From positions 55,149 through 119,148 of the forward strand of contig CAXXHG010000040.1 in NCBI GenBank assembly GCA_963666315.2: a DNA stretch of 64,000 bases. The letters run 5' to 3'. The stretch's first letter is position 1, and each line of letters starts with the position of its first letter. The notes under the pieces are model-generated. The model did not search any database, was not told the origin of the DNA, and saw only the letters and a program-made list of their open reading frames with translations. The translations under genes were made by a program, and so were the position numbers. Origin of the DNA: Candidatus Binatia bacterium (GTDB taxonomy: Bacteria; Desulfobacterota; Binatia; Bin18). This document shows positions 18,544-29,092 of the stretch, in pieces.

Positions 18544-18803
18544 TGCCGAGGTGCCGGATTACTTTTGCTCGCTCGGCCCGCCGAGAACTTGAGCGATTAC
18601 CTCATGTCCTTGCGAGGCGCATCCTGGCGAAAATTGAGACGTTGGAGGAGGATCCGAGACCCAGAGGGTGCAGGAAGAATCAAGGTCCCACACGTTTGTA
18701 GAGGATTCGAGTCGGCGAATATCGAATCGTGTACGACATCGACGACGATCAGCGTCTCGTGGATATCGTGGTCATTCGACATCGGAGTGAGGCGTACCGT
18801 TGA
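18543..18803 (+). pseudogene. relE: RelE/ParE toxin with internal amber stop
   Basis: ITFARSARRELERLP...I..LEEDPRPRGCRK.....L*RIRVGEYRIVYDIDD...V..IRHRSEAYR; TAG at 18699-18701. Confidence 0.85.
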
Positions 18804-18952
18804 GGCATAGGATTTAGGGACCTCCCCTAAATGCGAAGAGGTGGGGACGGGATCTGCCGCGTCGACGCCGTAGGAGGGAGAACTGAGACAGGTGTGGACG
18901 ACGTGTGTCCAATTGCCGTTCGCCCTGCCGGCTGCTAGTAATATCTGTGCCT

Positions 18953-19786
18953 ATGCCAAGTCCAGAAAACTCAATCGACTACGAAGTCGTTCGGTGTTAT
19001 TTCGACGACGCGGCCGATGGAGCCTCGGTTGCCGCCAGCTATATGGCCCACGGGCAGGACTTGCCGCACGGCGCCATGCGCTACCGATTCGAGGTCGAAC
19101 GGCAAACGATCGCCGATTGGCTGGACGCAGTTCCCAAGTCCGCCACCGTCCTCGACGTGGGCTGTGGGGCGGGTGCCTGGACAAGAATCTTTGCTGATCG
19201 CTACGCTCGTGTCATCGGTATCGAGGGTAGTAGCTCGATGGTGGAGGCTGCGCGGCAACAGACCCGGAACGCACCCAACGTCGAAATCCTGGCGGGCGAC
19301 GTGCGAGTCGACCTGCCTGACCGAAAATTCCAGCTCGCCTTTCTCGGCGGCCTTTGCATGTATTTGAATGACGACGATGTTGTCGCCTTATTGAGTGATC
19401 TCAAGCATCGTGTGGGAGGCACTGGGGCGATCGTCCTTCGGGAAAGCACCGTCCCCAGGAAGCGGCGCATGGCGACCGGAGACTATCAGGCGGTGTACCG
19501 CACCGTCGCGGACTACCACGAACTGTTCGCGCGGGTGGGTTTTTCGCGCCTCGAGACGCGGCGTAACTATGGCTACACGAGTATGGAGATTGCCATCGAG
19601 CTGGTCGGTGCCCGTCGAAGGTGGCTTTCGTTCCTCCCACGCCAATCCAGACTGCTCGGGGCGATGACGTGGTGGTGTCTTCGCCTGACGTCTCCCGTGA
19701 GCTTTTGGGCCGTGCCACGCGCACTTGAGCGAATCGACGTAGCCTGGCCGAGCTTGCAGAACCATTTTTTCCGCCTCACCCCGTGA
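18953..19786 (+). CDS. Class I SAM-dependent methyltransferase, phosphoethanolamine N-methyltransferase-like
   Basis: VLDVGCGAG motif I; LCMYLNDDDV..LL......G.IVLRES resembles the LLMYLSD.EV...GG.IFFRES segment of plant PEAMT. Confidence 0.7.
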   Translation: MPSPENSIDYEVVRCYFDDAADGASVAASYMAHGQDLPHGAMRYRFEVERQTIADWLDAVPKSATVLDVGCGAGAWTRIFADRYARVIGIEGSSSMVEAARQQTRNAPNVEILAGDVRVDLPDRKFQLAFLGGLCMYLNDDDVVALLSDLKHRVGGTGAIVLRESTVPRKRRMATGDYQAVYRTVADYHELFARVGFSRLETRRNYGYTSMEIAIELVGARRRWLSFLPRQSRLLGAMTWWCLRLTSPVSFWAVPRALERIDVAWPSLQNHFFRLTP

Positions 19787-20420
19787 ACGCGCCAGCCAGC
19801 TGGCGAACATTGAACACGGTCATCGCCACGACGTACGCCGCGACGACGTAGTACCACGTCCGAGTCGGTTTGGACATACGAAACGGGGCGACGTTCAACA
19901 TGGCGAGGACGACGACCACTGCGTAGAGCAGCCAGGGAAACGCGACATGGCCGACAGTCTCGCGGACGGCGAACAGCGCGGTGACCACAATGATGTTCGT
20001 ATCGATGGGCAGGCCGCTGTACGTATCGTCATCGTCGAAGACGTTGAAATAAGCAAGTCGAATCGCTCCCGCCACCGTGAGCACGAAGGCTCCCGGCAAG
20101 AACCAAGGGGCGAAGCCACTGCTGGAGAGCAGCAGCATTGCGGGTGCGATGCCACCGCACACCAGATCGGCAAGGGAATCAAGTTGCCCGCCGAAAGCGC
20201 GGTCGACATCGGTCCGATTGGTCATTCCACGAGCGATCGGACCATCGAACCAATCGCAGAACAACGCCCAGAGGAGCGCGATGGTCGCGGCTGTGAGAGC
20301 TTGGAGCGAGCTGAAATAAATGGACGAGACACCGCAGAGCAGCCCGGCCAGCGTCAACAGGTTCGCGCGGTCGCACAGGAACGAAATGGTGCTCCGCTTG
20401 CCAGTCACGTTTCGAGACAT
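19776..20420 (-). CDS. CDP-alcohol phosphatidyltransferase (PssA-like)
   Basis: ANLLT; DWFDGPIAR...FGGQLDSLADL signature; RLAYFN; multiple TM segments. Confidence 0.9.
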   Translation of the reverse strand: MSRNVTGKRSTISFLCDRANLLTLAGLLCGVSSIYFSSLQALTAATIALLWALFCDWFDGPIARGMTNRTDVDRAFGGQLDSLADLVCGGIAPAMLLLSSSGFAPWFLPGAFVLTVAGAIRLAYFNVFDDDDTYSGLPIDTNIIVVTALFAVRETVGHVAFPWLLYAVVVVLAMLNVAPFRMSKPTRTWYYVVAAYVVAMTVFNVRQLAGAFTG

Positions 20421-22276
20421 TGCCACAAGGCTTGTACGAGCGTGTCGTTCTCCGGTTCTGTTCGGCTAGCGATGCGTAGATACCTCGCCGCCGCGGGCAT
20501 ATTCTTGCCGGCACAGTGCTTCACGTAGAGGTTGAAATCCATAAAGAGACGCTTGGCGACCTCCGGAGCGGTCGGGCCCGGAGTCGGGAGGCGACACATC
20601 ACGAAGTTGGCGTCTGGCTTGTAGGCGGTGATGCCCGGAATCCGCGACAACCCTTCGTAGAGTCGATCGCAGTCCGCGCGAACCCGGACGCAACTTTCTC
20701 TGAAGGCGCGACGATAGCGCGGCGCGAGGCGAAGGAACGACTCGGCGAATCCATTGACGTTCCAGATGTGGAGCTCGGAGCGAACGGCGTCCGCAAAACT
20801 CGGGTTGCGGGTCAGGAGGTAGCCGAGGCGCAGGCCTCCGATTCCGAACGACTTGCTAAGGCTTTTGATGACCGCAAGATTAGGGGTTCTCTCAACCCAC
20901 CCTTCGACGCTGAGGTTCGTGCTGTCATTCGCGAAGTCCATGAAAGACTCGTCCACCACCACCATGCAGTCCCGCTCGCATAGTCGCTCCGCGAGCCGCA
21001 AGAGATCCCCTCTTGGGACGCTCAACGACGTGGGGTTGTTCGGCGAGACCACGATCGCTACCCGAGCGTTACAAGCGCTCGCGCGCTCGGCGAAAGCGTC
21101 CACGTCGAGCTCGAAGGAGGGGGATGGGAGCTCGAAGGGAACGAAGGATCGGTCTCGCGCGGCGTTTTCGTACTCGTTGAACGACGGAACCGGACAGATT
21201 ATTTGCCCAGCCAGGCGCCCGGAGATGATCTTGATCAATTCCGAAGCACCGTTCCCCACCACGAGCCACGCGGGCGGCTGATCGATCAAGGTACCAACCA
21301 GTCGCGCGACGACGTCTTGCCCGGCGGGATAGTTGAGTACCAAGTCCCGGAGGTGGTTTTGGAAATGCGTGAATACCGTCTTCGGAGGGTAGTAGGGATT
21401 GTACAAGTATGCGTGGTCGACGAATCCGAACCGCCAGTACCCGCCATGCTGCTTGTCCACGTGTGCGTAACGCTGCTCTGGTGAGGAGAAGAGGTACTCG
21501 GCGGCTAGGCGGTCGCTTTCGTCGTCGATCTCGTACCAGTTGAGGTCGTCGCAGATGACGGCACGCAGGTCGTTCTTGCCGCGGTGCGCCAGCGCGATCA
21601 GAATCGATTCGTAGTGTTCGTTGGCGTCGTCGGCAGCGATGTACGCTTCCAGCTGCGGCACGAAATAGCGACGCAGGTAATCCTGGCGGAAGAGATAGAG
21701 ATTTGCGGTCTTGTAGACCTTCGAGTAATCGAATCCGTCATCCTGATGGTGCGCGTCAAACAATGCCGCGATGTGGCCCTGGCTGTCGACACTGACCACC
21801 GTGCCCGACATCCAACTCTGATGCTGCGAGACGACGGCCGAGTTGCCACCAACTTCGGATAGGAGCCGCTCGAGTACCGCACGCTCGAAAAAAACATCCG
21901 CCTCGAGGAGCAACACATCTTCCGTGAGATGAGAGCGCGCGAGCCACAGTGAATAGATGTTGTTGGTGGTTTCGTACGATTCGGCCACCACGTATACGAT
22001 CGACATTTCCAGGAACTTCGCGCCAAACTTCACGATAATCAGTTCCTTGTGATGACCGATGACGATGACAACTTCCTCGCAGCCGAGCGCCGCCAAGTGA
22101 GTCAGCGTGTTTTCGAGAATCGGAACGCCGGCCACTTCAACGAAGCACTTCGGATACTCCCGCGTGTAGGGCCGTAAGCGGGTGCCCACGCCGGCAGCGA
22201 GAATGACGGCCTTGCGCACGGGTTCAGGCTTTGCCTGATTCACGTGCAGCGACGCGCTAGCGTCTTCACCCCACAT
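20405..22276 (-). CDS. Fusion: LicC-like nucleotidyltransferase + class I/II PLP enzyme (CobD/HisC-like); start uncertain (22243-22276)
   Basis: KAVILAAGVGTRL.P.T...PKC, TNNIYSLWLA, WYEIDD; then GNGASELI, SPNNPT, VDESF.DF, KSLSKSFGIGGLRLGY. Confidence 0.88.
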   Translation of the reverse strand: MWGEDASASLHVNQAKPEPVRKAVILAAGVGTRLRPYTREYPKCFVEVAGVPILENTLTHLAALGCEEVVIVIGHHKELIIVKFGAKFLEMSIVYVVAESYETTNNIYSLWLARSHLTEDVLLLEADVFFERAVLERLLSEVGGNSAVVSQHQSWMSGTVVSVDSQGHIAALFDAHHQDDGFDYSKVYKTANLYLFRQDYLRRYFVPQLEAYIAADDANEHYESILIALAHRGKNDLRAVICDDLNWYEIDDESDRLAAEYLFSSPEQRYAHVDKQHGGYWRFGFVDHAYLYNPYYPPKTVFTHFQNHLRDLVLNYPAGQDVVARLVGTLIDQPPAWLVVGNGASELIKIISGRLAGQIICPVPSFNEYENAARDRSFVPFELPSPSFELDVDAFAERASACNARVAIVVSPNNPTSLSVPRGDLLRLAERLCERDCMVVVDESFMDFANDSTNLSVEGWVERTPNLAVIKSLSKSFGIGGLRLGYLLTRNPSFADAVRSELHIWNVNGFAESFLRLAPRYRRAFRESCVRVRADCDRLYEGLSRIPGITAYKPDANFVMCRLPTPGPTAPEVAKRLFMDFNLYVKHCAGKNMPAAARYLRIASRTEPENDTLVQALWQCLET

Positions 22277-22639
22277 CCTGCCGCGTCGGGTTTTCTCGGA
22301 ATCGAAATTTATAGCGTCTGGCAATGGTAGCATCCGTGTATGACGAAATAACACAAGGCAGAGCGAAAGGAAATCGTAGCTGTCGTGTAGCGCGTCAGAG
22401 GAAGTTGGACCAAAGAGCGGTGTAGAATAGGAGACACTTTCAGGGCCACGAAGGCAGTAGGGACCACCCACTGGCAGCAGGTGCTGGAAACAGTATAAAA
22501 GATCAAACAGATTACTCCCCAGGGCAATCGCTTCAAAGAGCGGCGCCAGTGAGGACTTGCGCTAGTTTGACTTTTCAGCCGGATTTTGAGGGCTGACCCT
22601 CCTCCGCTTCCTTGCGCTTCTTTGCTATGATGTCCGACC

Positions 22640-24790
22640 ATGCAGGCACAAGGGACTTTCAAGCTCGTTTCAGACTTCCAGCCGCAGGGCGATCAACCCC
22701 AGGCCATCGACCAGCTCGTCGAAGGGTTGGAGAAGGGGCTGCAACAGCAAGTTTTGCTTGGCGTTACCGGTTCGGGCAAGACGTTCTCCATGGCCCACGT
22801 CATTGCCCGCGTGAACCGGCCGGCCTTGATCATGGCACCCAATAAAACGCTGGCAGCCCAGCTCTACAGCGAATTCAAGGATCTCTTTCCTGAAAACGCG
22901 GTCCGCTATTTTGTCAGCTATTACGACTACTACCAACCCGAAGCGTACGTCCCGCAGAGCGATACCTTTGTAGAAAAAGACGCTTCGATTAACGAAGAAA
23001 TCGACAAAATGCGTCACTCCGCGACTAAGGCTCTACTGGAGCGACGTGACACCATCATTGTGGCTAGTGTCTCGTGCATCTATGGGCTCGGCTCACCCGA
23101 ATCGTATTTTGACCTGATACTTTTTATAGAAGAGAACAGCCAGGTTGATCGAGACGCGCTGTTGCGCAAACTGGTCGATATCCAATATCAACGTAACGAC
23201 TTCGATTTTCATCGCGGGACATTTCGGGTGCGGGGCGATGTGGTCGAGATCTTTCCTGCCTATGAGGAGAGCAAGGCCGTTCGGATTGAATTCTTTGGCG
23301 ATACAGTCGATGCCATCACCGAGATCGATCCACTCCGGGGCAAGGTTGTGCGCCGACTCGAGAAGATCACCATCTATCCGGCGAGTCACTATGTCACCAC
23401 ATCAGACCGCGTAAAGCGGGCCATTGTCGCCATACAGGAAGAGCTGGAAGAGCAGCTCAAGGAACTCCAACAGTCAGACAGGCTATTGGAAAGCCAGCGC
23501 TTAGAGCAACGCACCCGGTACGATCTGGCGCTGCTGAAAGAAATGGGCTTCTGCCCGGGCATTGAGAACTACTCGCGTCATTTAGACGGCAGGAATCCCG
23601 GAGAACCGCCACATACCCTGATCAATTATTTTCCGAAAGACTATCTCCTCTTTATCGATGAAAGCCATGTCACCGTCCCCCAGATTGGCGGTATGTACCG
23701 CGGCGACCGCTCTCGCAAGACAACGCTGGTTGAGTATGGCTTTCGGCTGCCGTCCGCTCTGGATAACCGTCCACTCAGCTTTCAAGAATTTGAACAACGC
23801 GCCGGCCAGACCGTGTATGTGTCAGCCACACCCGGCGATTATGAACGCGAACACAGTCAAGGCCCCGTCGTTGAACAGATTATTCGTCCGACCGGACTGC
23901 TTGATCCTGAGCTCGCTGTGCGGCCAGCCGGAGCGCAGGTGGATGACCTGCTGGAAGAAATTCGCCTTCGGGTTGAAAAAGGCGAGCGCGTGCTCGTCAC
24001 CACGTTGACCAAACGGTTGGCCGAAGACTTAACCGACTACTACCAAGACATTGGCATTCGGGTTCGATATCTGCACTCAGATATCGACACCCTAGAGAGA
24101 GTGGAGATCATACGCGCCTTGCGGCAAGGCAAATTCGATGTCTTGGTTGGGATTAACCTACTCCGGGAGGGACTCGACATTCCCGAGGTTTCTCTTGTCG
24201 CCATTCTAGATGCCGATAAAGAAGGCTATTTACGCTCCGAGCGTTCACTTATCCAAACCATAGGCCGAGCGTCTCGGAATGTGAACGGCACAGTCCTGCT
24301 GTATGGGGATAAGATTACTCACTCTATGCAGCGTGCCATCGACGAAACTCTGCGGCGGCGACGTATCCAAGCCAAGTACAATAAGAAGCACGGCATCACG
24401 CCCGAAAGCATCCGTAAAGGCCTGTCTTCACCCCTGGTGAAAGTGTATGCAGCCGACTATACGACTGTCCCCCTCGTTTCCGAAGACAGCGAAGATTATA
24501 TTGCAACTCGAGACCTGCCTCAGCTGATTGAACAGACACGGAGAGAAATGAAAGCCGCGGCTGCTACGCTGGAATTTGAGCAAGCCGCCGAGCTGCGCGA
24601 TCGTGTACAAGATTTGGAACGGCGCGCACTCGGACTCCTGGGCGCAGCAGCCGTTCAGCCTCCGGCAGCGGCAGACGCTTCGGCGTCAGCCGGCCGGAAA
24701 CCAACGACACAAGGCCGCAAGAAAAAATCGTCCTCGCGAAACTCAGGCAAAGCCCTGGCCCGAGGCCGCCGTGCCCGTTGGCAACGCTAA
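22640..24790 (+). CDS. uvrB: Excinuclease ABC subunit B
   Basis: [44 protein letters not shown]-terminal UVR domain. Confidence 0.99.
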   Translation: MQAQGTFKLVSDFQPQGDQPQAIDQLVEGLEKGLQQQVLLGVTGSGKTFSMAHVIARVNRPALIMAPNKTLAAQLYSEFKDLFPENAVRYFVSYYDYYQPEAYVPQSDTFVEKDASINEEIDKMRHSATKALLERRDTIIVASVSCIYGLGSPESYFDLILFIEENSQVDRDALLRKLVDIQYQRNDFDFHRGTFRVRGDVVEIFPAYEESKAVRIEFFGDTVDAITEIDPLRGKVVRRLEKITIYPASHYVTTSDRVKRAIVAIQEELEEQLKELQQSDRLLESQRLEQRTRYDLALLKEMGFCPGIENYSRHLDGRNPGEPPHTLINYFPKDYLLFIDESHVTVPQIGGMYRGDRSRKTTLVEYGFRLPSALDNRPLSFQEFEQRAGQTVYVSATPGDYEREHSQGPVVEQIIRPTGLLDPELAVRPAGAQVDDLLEEIRLRVEKGERVLVTTLTKRLAEDLTDYYQDIGIRVRYLHSDIDTLERVEIIRALRQGKFDVLVGINLLREGLDIPEVSLVAILDADKEGYLRSERSLIQTIGRASRNVNGTVLLYGDKITHSMQRAIDETLRRRRIQAKYNKKHGITPESIRKGLSSPLVKVYAADYTTVPLVSEDSEDYIATRDLPQLIEQTRREMKAAAATLEFEQAAELRDRVQDLERRALGLLGAAAVQPPAAADASASAGRKPTTQGRKKKSSSRNSGKALARGRRARWQR

Positions 24791-24825
24791 GAGCCACTCA
24801 CACAATTCCGTCTTGTTCCAGCGGC

Positions 24826-24891
24826 CTGGATATCTGCTTGCACAGGTATGACACAACAAGAGTTGTCATTCTCGTGGAAACGGGAATCCAG
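24826..24891. repeat. Inverted pair of REP-like elements (TGTCATTCCCGCGnAnGCGGGAATCCAG family)
   Basis: ctggatatctgcttgcacaggtatgaca ... tgtcattctcgtggaaacgggaatccag. Confidence 0.65.
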
Positions 24892-24971
24892 GGTGGAATG
24901 GGTAGGGCACTTCCCCTCTGCCGGCGAACTGCTAAAAGCGAACAGCCAAAAGCACTTGCCAAGGAATACAC

Positions 24972-25619
24972 ATGTCAAAAGACCGCACAGACCACCCCCA
25001 ACACACGGATGAGCTTGCCCAAGCGCATGCTGTTCTCGAAGCGGAAGCGGAAGCCATCCGCACCATCCGCCTGAATAACGATTTTCTCCGAGCGGTAGAC
25101 ATTCTTGAGAGCTGTACGGGGAAAGTCATCCTCACCGGAATGGGCAAAGTCGGCCTTATTGCCATGAAAATCGCTACGACCCTCTCCTCTACCGGCACCC
25201 CGGCCTTCTTTCTCCACCCAGGAGAGGCCGCCCACGGCGATCTCGGGCTGGTCGGTAAAAACGATGTGATGATTACGTTTTCCAATAGTGGCAAAACGCG
25301 CGAGGTAGTAGAAACCGTCAATCGCGCAAAACAGCTGTATGATATACCGCTCATTGCCATCACCGGCCACCCACGCTCTCCCCTTGCACGCAAAAGTGAC
25401 ATCGTCCTCAGCGTCGGGGCGATTAAAGAACCCTGCCCGATTGGTCTCACCCCGTCGGCCAGTACCACTGCTATCCTGGCCCTGGGCGATGCGCTCACGC
25501 TGGTACTCATGACGCGCAAGCGGTTTACTAAGGCCGATTACGCCAAGTTTCACCATGGCGGATATCTCGGCAAACGTGCGCGTAAAGAGGCGAAAGAAGA
25601 ACTGACAGTCAGAGATTAA
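24972..25619 (+). CDS. SIS-domain arabinose-5-phosphate isomerase (KdsD/GutQ-like, no CBS domains)
   Basis: TGMGKVGLIA.KIA.TLSSTGTPAFFLHP.EA.HGDLG, SNSG.T.E, FHHGG.LG. Confidence 0.85.
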   Translation: MSKDRTDHPQHTDELAQAHAVLEAEAEAIRTIRLNNDFLRAVDILESCTGKVILTGMGKVGLIAMKIATTLSSTGTPAFFLHPGEAAHGDLGLVGKNDVMITFSNSGKTREVVETVNRAKQLYDIPLIAITGHPRSPLARKSDIVLSVGAIKEPCPIGLTPSASTTAILALGDALTLVLMTRKRFTKADYAKFHHGGYLGKRARKEAKEELTVRD

Positions 25620-25682
25620 CGCAGCAGAGTACTGACTCACACTCCACGACCCAACCCGCCACAGTCTCTATTGCAAATCAGC

Positions 25683-26382
25683 CTACACCACCAGTAGCAC
25701 CCCGAAGCCAACTAAAACCCTATACAACAGCAGCGCGAAGCGCTCTGCCGGGATACGTTGATTCAGTCTGCTGCCAAGGAAAACGGCAACGGGAATCAGG
25801 GGTAAGGCGCAGGCATACAAGGTCAAAACCTGCTGCGTCCATAAACCGTTCACGCCGTGCAACAGCAAGACGAAAAGACCATATCACCGCGAAATACCCC
25901 TGGATGGTTGCGCGAAAACGATCCGGCGACCAGCGCATAAGCGCTCCCAATAACCCCACCGGTGGTCCGTTGGTATTATACGCAGCACCAAGCAGTCCGG
26001 CGCAAAAGCCCAGCACATACGTCCAGCCCGACCAGGTCACTGTAGGCAGTTCCGGGCGCATGAGACTGTACAGACCGTAGGCGGTCAGCAACATACCAAG
26101 TATGCCAGGAACAAGGGCTTGTGGCGCGTCGGTGAGGATATACAGACCGAATGGGATGCCCACGGCTGAGGCAAAAATGGCGCGCAGGTCGATACTCCGC
26201 CAGGTATTCCGCAGCACCATCAACGTCGTCGTGAGTGCCATAAAGGCGACGAGCGGCGTTGCCGTTTGCACTCTAACGAGAGGGATAAGCAGCGGCATGG
26301 ACACCAGGGCAGAGCCGAATCCCAGCGTGGCATGCGTCATCGTCCCCACGAAGAGGACGGCAATAAAAAGAGGTTCAGGAAT
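25683..26382 (-). pseudogene. TauE/SafE (sulfite exporter) family membrane protein, frameshifted
   Basis: GFGSALVSMPLL, GAAYNTNGPP, FRAT.Q.YF; the C-terminus is in another frame from about 25870; no clear ATG. Confidence 0.75.
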
Positions 26383-26420
26383 GCTGAAGAGCCTTTTCTA
26401 TCAACAAAATCTGCGCGCGC

Positions 26421-27362
26421 TTACGGCCGAAAACGCGGAAACAGTTCAGTAGCAATGCGCCGGAGTTGATCCATGATTGCCGCAGACGGGACTGCGGGAA
26501 TCAGGGTGACATGTTGAACACCGGCCTCGACATAACGCTCAATGGTCGCAATGCACTCGGCAACCGGCCCGAGCGCACAATATTTATCCACAAGGTGCTC
26601 AAAGGGCTGGTTGTATTCAGTCGAAATAGTACGCAGGGCCTGCTGTCTGGCCTCTTCGTAGGTTGGCGCAACACAAAAATATAAGACAACGCCGCCCGTA
26701 AATATTGTACGCGAAGCTTCGTCGCGTTGCTGCCAATACTCCAAGGCTTTGTCCATACTTGTGCGAAAGCGCTCAGGAGTCACAAAATACGCGAACCAGC
26801 CATCCCCATATTGCCCCGCGCGTTTGAGTGCGGCGTCGACCCGTCCGCCAACCCAAATCGGCGGATGAGGTTGCTGAAGCGGGCGTGGGGCCATGGACGC
26901 ATCCTCAAACTCAGAGAACGTGCCGGCTATCGTTGCTGCTGAGTTGGTCCACAGCGCCTTAATGACCTGTAACCCTTCGTTGGCACGCCGGCCCCGTTCC
27001 CGCAAGGAAATTCCACACGCTTCGTATTCTTTCTGGAACTCGCCCCCTACCCCGACACCCAGAATTGCACGACCGTTGGACAGCCAATCCAGGGTAGCGA
27101 TCATTTTGGCAACCAAGGTCGGGTTACGTAAAGGCAGCAGCAGGACACCAGTGCCGAGTTTAATTATCGTCGTCCTCGCGGCAAAAGCGCCCAACATGGT
27201 AAAGGGATCGAGGACCGGGCTGTGCCACAACACATGGTCCCGGTAGAAGAGGATGTCAAACCCAAGCTGTTCGATTTCCTCGGCCCAGTGACACAACGTC
27301 GGTCCAGAAACGAGTCCTGCCCCAAAACCTCCCAAAGTTGTTCCAAATGTGACCTGACTCAT
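26421..27362 (-). CDS. LLM-class flavin-dependent oxidoreductase
   Basis: DH, LGTGVLLLPLRNP, LDWLSNGR, PPIWVGG...ALKRA..YGDGW. Confidence 0.9.
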   Translation of the reverse strand: MSQVTFGTTLGGFGAGLVSGPTLCHWAEEIEQLGFDILFYRDHVLWHSPVLDPFTMLGAFAARTTIIKLGTGVLLLPLRNPTLVAKMIATLDWLSNGRAILGVGVGGEFQKEYEACGISLRERGRRANEGLQVIKALWTNSAATIAGTFSEFEDASMAPRPLQQPHPPIWVGGRVDAALKRAGQYGDGWFAYFVTPERFRTSMDKALEYWQQRDEASRTIFTGGVVLYFCVAPTYEEARQQALRTISTEYNQPFEHLVDKYCALGPVAECIATIERYVEAGVQHVTLIPAVPSAAIMDQLRRIATELFPRFRP

Positions 27363-27371
27363 GCTGTGTTG

Positions 27372-28244
27372 CTATCCGTGCTTGGCAATCACTTGCTCGG
27401 CAAACCGTTCCATTGCCACCGTCACATCGCCCGCGCGGAGTGCATGCATATTGACTAAGAGGCGATGAACGCCGAGTTCTTCGTAGACGCCAAGACTCTC
27501 CAGCCCCTCAGTGTAATAGTTCCAGTAGGCCGTTATTTCGAGTTCGCCGATATCTCGGCCCTGGCGATCACACTCCGCAGCGAGTGCCTGCATATGCGTC
27601 CGGTAGTCGTCCAGGTCTTTGCCTATCACGTACCAGCCATCGCCATATTTCACCGCGCGCCGAATGGCGGGTTGGGAGACGCCCCCAATCACGAGCGGCA
27701 CCCCGCCGGGCTGCGCGGGTTTAGGCCGCATGGTGAAGCCTTGCCAGTTTATAAACTCACCCTGATAATTGACTTCTTCACCCGTCCACACGGCTTTGAG
27801 TGCTTCCAGATATTCGTTCGACCGTTTGCCGCGGCGTTCAAACGGTACGCCGATAGCGGCAAACTCTTCACGTAACCAACCGATACCTAACCCCAGCATC
27901 AGCCGTCCTTGTGACAGATGGTCGATCGAAGATGCCCATTTGGCTAAATATAACGGACTCAGCTGCGGCAGGATATTCACCCCCGTTCCGAGTCGAATCT
28001 TTTTCGTGGCTGCAGCAATAAAGGTCAGGGCAACCAGAGGATCGATAATCGGCGCATCTGGTTTGAATGGCAGTTTTCCGCCCGGGTTATACGGGTATAA
28101 GGAGTCGTACTGCCTGGGGATAATGACATGCTCGGCTGTCCAGACGGATTCATAACCAAGGGCTTCCGCTCTTTGGACAAACGGAATTACCATTTCCGGG
28201 TCAGTACACTCACGCAGATTGATGGGCACGATGCCGAATTTCAT
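27372..28244 (-). CDS. LLM-class (probable F420-dependent) oxidoreductase
   Basis: SVWTAEHVIIP, YPY, LG.GIGWLREEF, P.P.Q.GG.P. Confidence 0.9.
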   Translation of the reverse strand: MKFGIVPINLRECTDPEMVIPFVQRAEALGYESVWTAEHVIIPRQYDSLYPYNPGGKLPFKPDAPIIDPLVALTFIAAATKKIRLGTGVNILPQLSPLYLAKWASSIDHLSQGRLMLGLGIGWLREEFAAIGVPFERRGKRSNEYLEALKAVWTGEEVNYQGEFINWQGFTMRPKPAQPGGVPLVIGGVSQPAIRRAVKYGDGWYVIGKDLDDYRTHMQALAAECDRQGRDIGELEITAYWNYYTEGLESLGVYEELGVHRLLVNMHALRAGDVTVAMERFAEQVIAKHG

Positions 28245-28287
28245 ACTTGGGCTCCTCGTAGGCTAGCGGCCACAGCGTCCTGTGCTC

Positions 28288-28920
28288 TTATGTTTCCTCA
28301 AGCTTAAAACGGCCACGGAATTCATCTGTTGAGTTTACACGAGGAAACGGTTCGTCAGGAATGGGGCGATCAAGAAAACGACACAACGGCTCCCAGCCCT
28401 CGGCAACTTCATACACAAGTAAGCGGTCGGCCGACACAGTCCGCCGGACTTCCTCGTTATGGTCTTCGTACACGCCAATAGTGTGCTCTCGATCCTCAAA
28501 GCGTCCGTTAAACGTCCGGTCAAAAATGAGCTTGAGCGCCATCTCCCGCTGCGCCACGGCCCTAGGATCATCCGTCGTCAACGGACGCATTAACACAGGA
28601 TAAATCGTACTGACGACACTGTCATACCAACGTTCAGGATCACGGGCAGTCAATATCACTTTTGCCTCAGGATAGAAGTCGGTTAATTGTTTCCAAAACG
28701 AACACGGCGGCCAATCCACTGCCGCACTATAGCCGGCGAATAAAGCAACCCAGTCAGGCAGCTTCCCCTCGGCAGCTGCGTGCCATAACTCCGCATGGCC
28801 TGCGTTTTCGAGGACTTCGATTATGTGATAGCAGCGTCCGATTCCCAATTGTTCAAGAGCAATCTTGAGCGACATCGTACCGGTCCGACCGAAACTCGCC
28901 CCAATGACCGAAAGTGTCAT
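28288..28920 (-). CDS. Sulfotransferase family protein (Sulfotransfer_4)
   Basis: VIGASFGRTGTMSLK.ALE.LG, DWP, GWEPLC.FL..P.P.EPFPRVN. Confidence 0.88.
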   Translation of the reverse strand: MTLSVIGASFGRTGTMSLKIALEQLGIGRCYHIIEVLENAGHAELWHAAAEGKLPDWVALFAGYSAAVDWPPCSFWKQLTDFYPEAKVILTARDPERWYDSVVSTIYPVLMRPLTTDDPRAVAQREMALKLIFDRTFNGRFEDREHTIGVYEDHNEEVRRTVSADRLLVYEVAEGWEPLCRFLDRPIPDEPFPRVNSTDEFRGRFKLEET

Positions 28921-29092
28921 CCAGCCTCCTTCGTCTGCGTGTAAGAGAATTCCGAAAGCGACTGTCCTAGCATGGGGCGCGCATAGACACTAGGCAGCCG
29001 CTAGGCGTTGACTTTGAGCAAGCGAAGAGCCTCACGTATTGCGCCATGCGGTCCTTCCTATAGCATGGTCTCCGTTCAAAGGAGACCGAACT

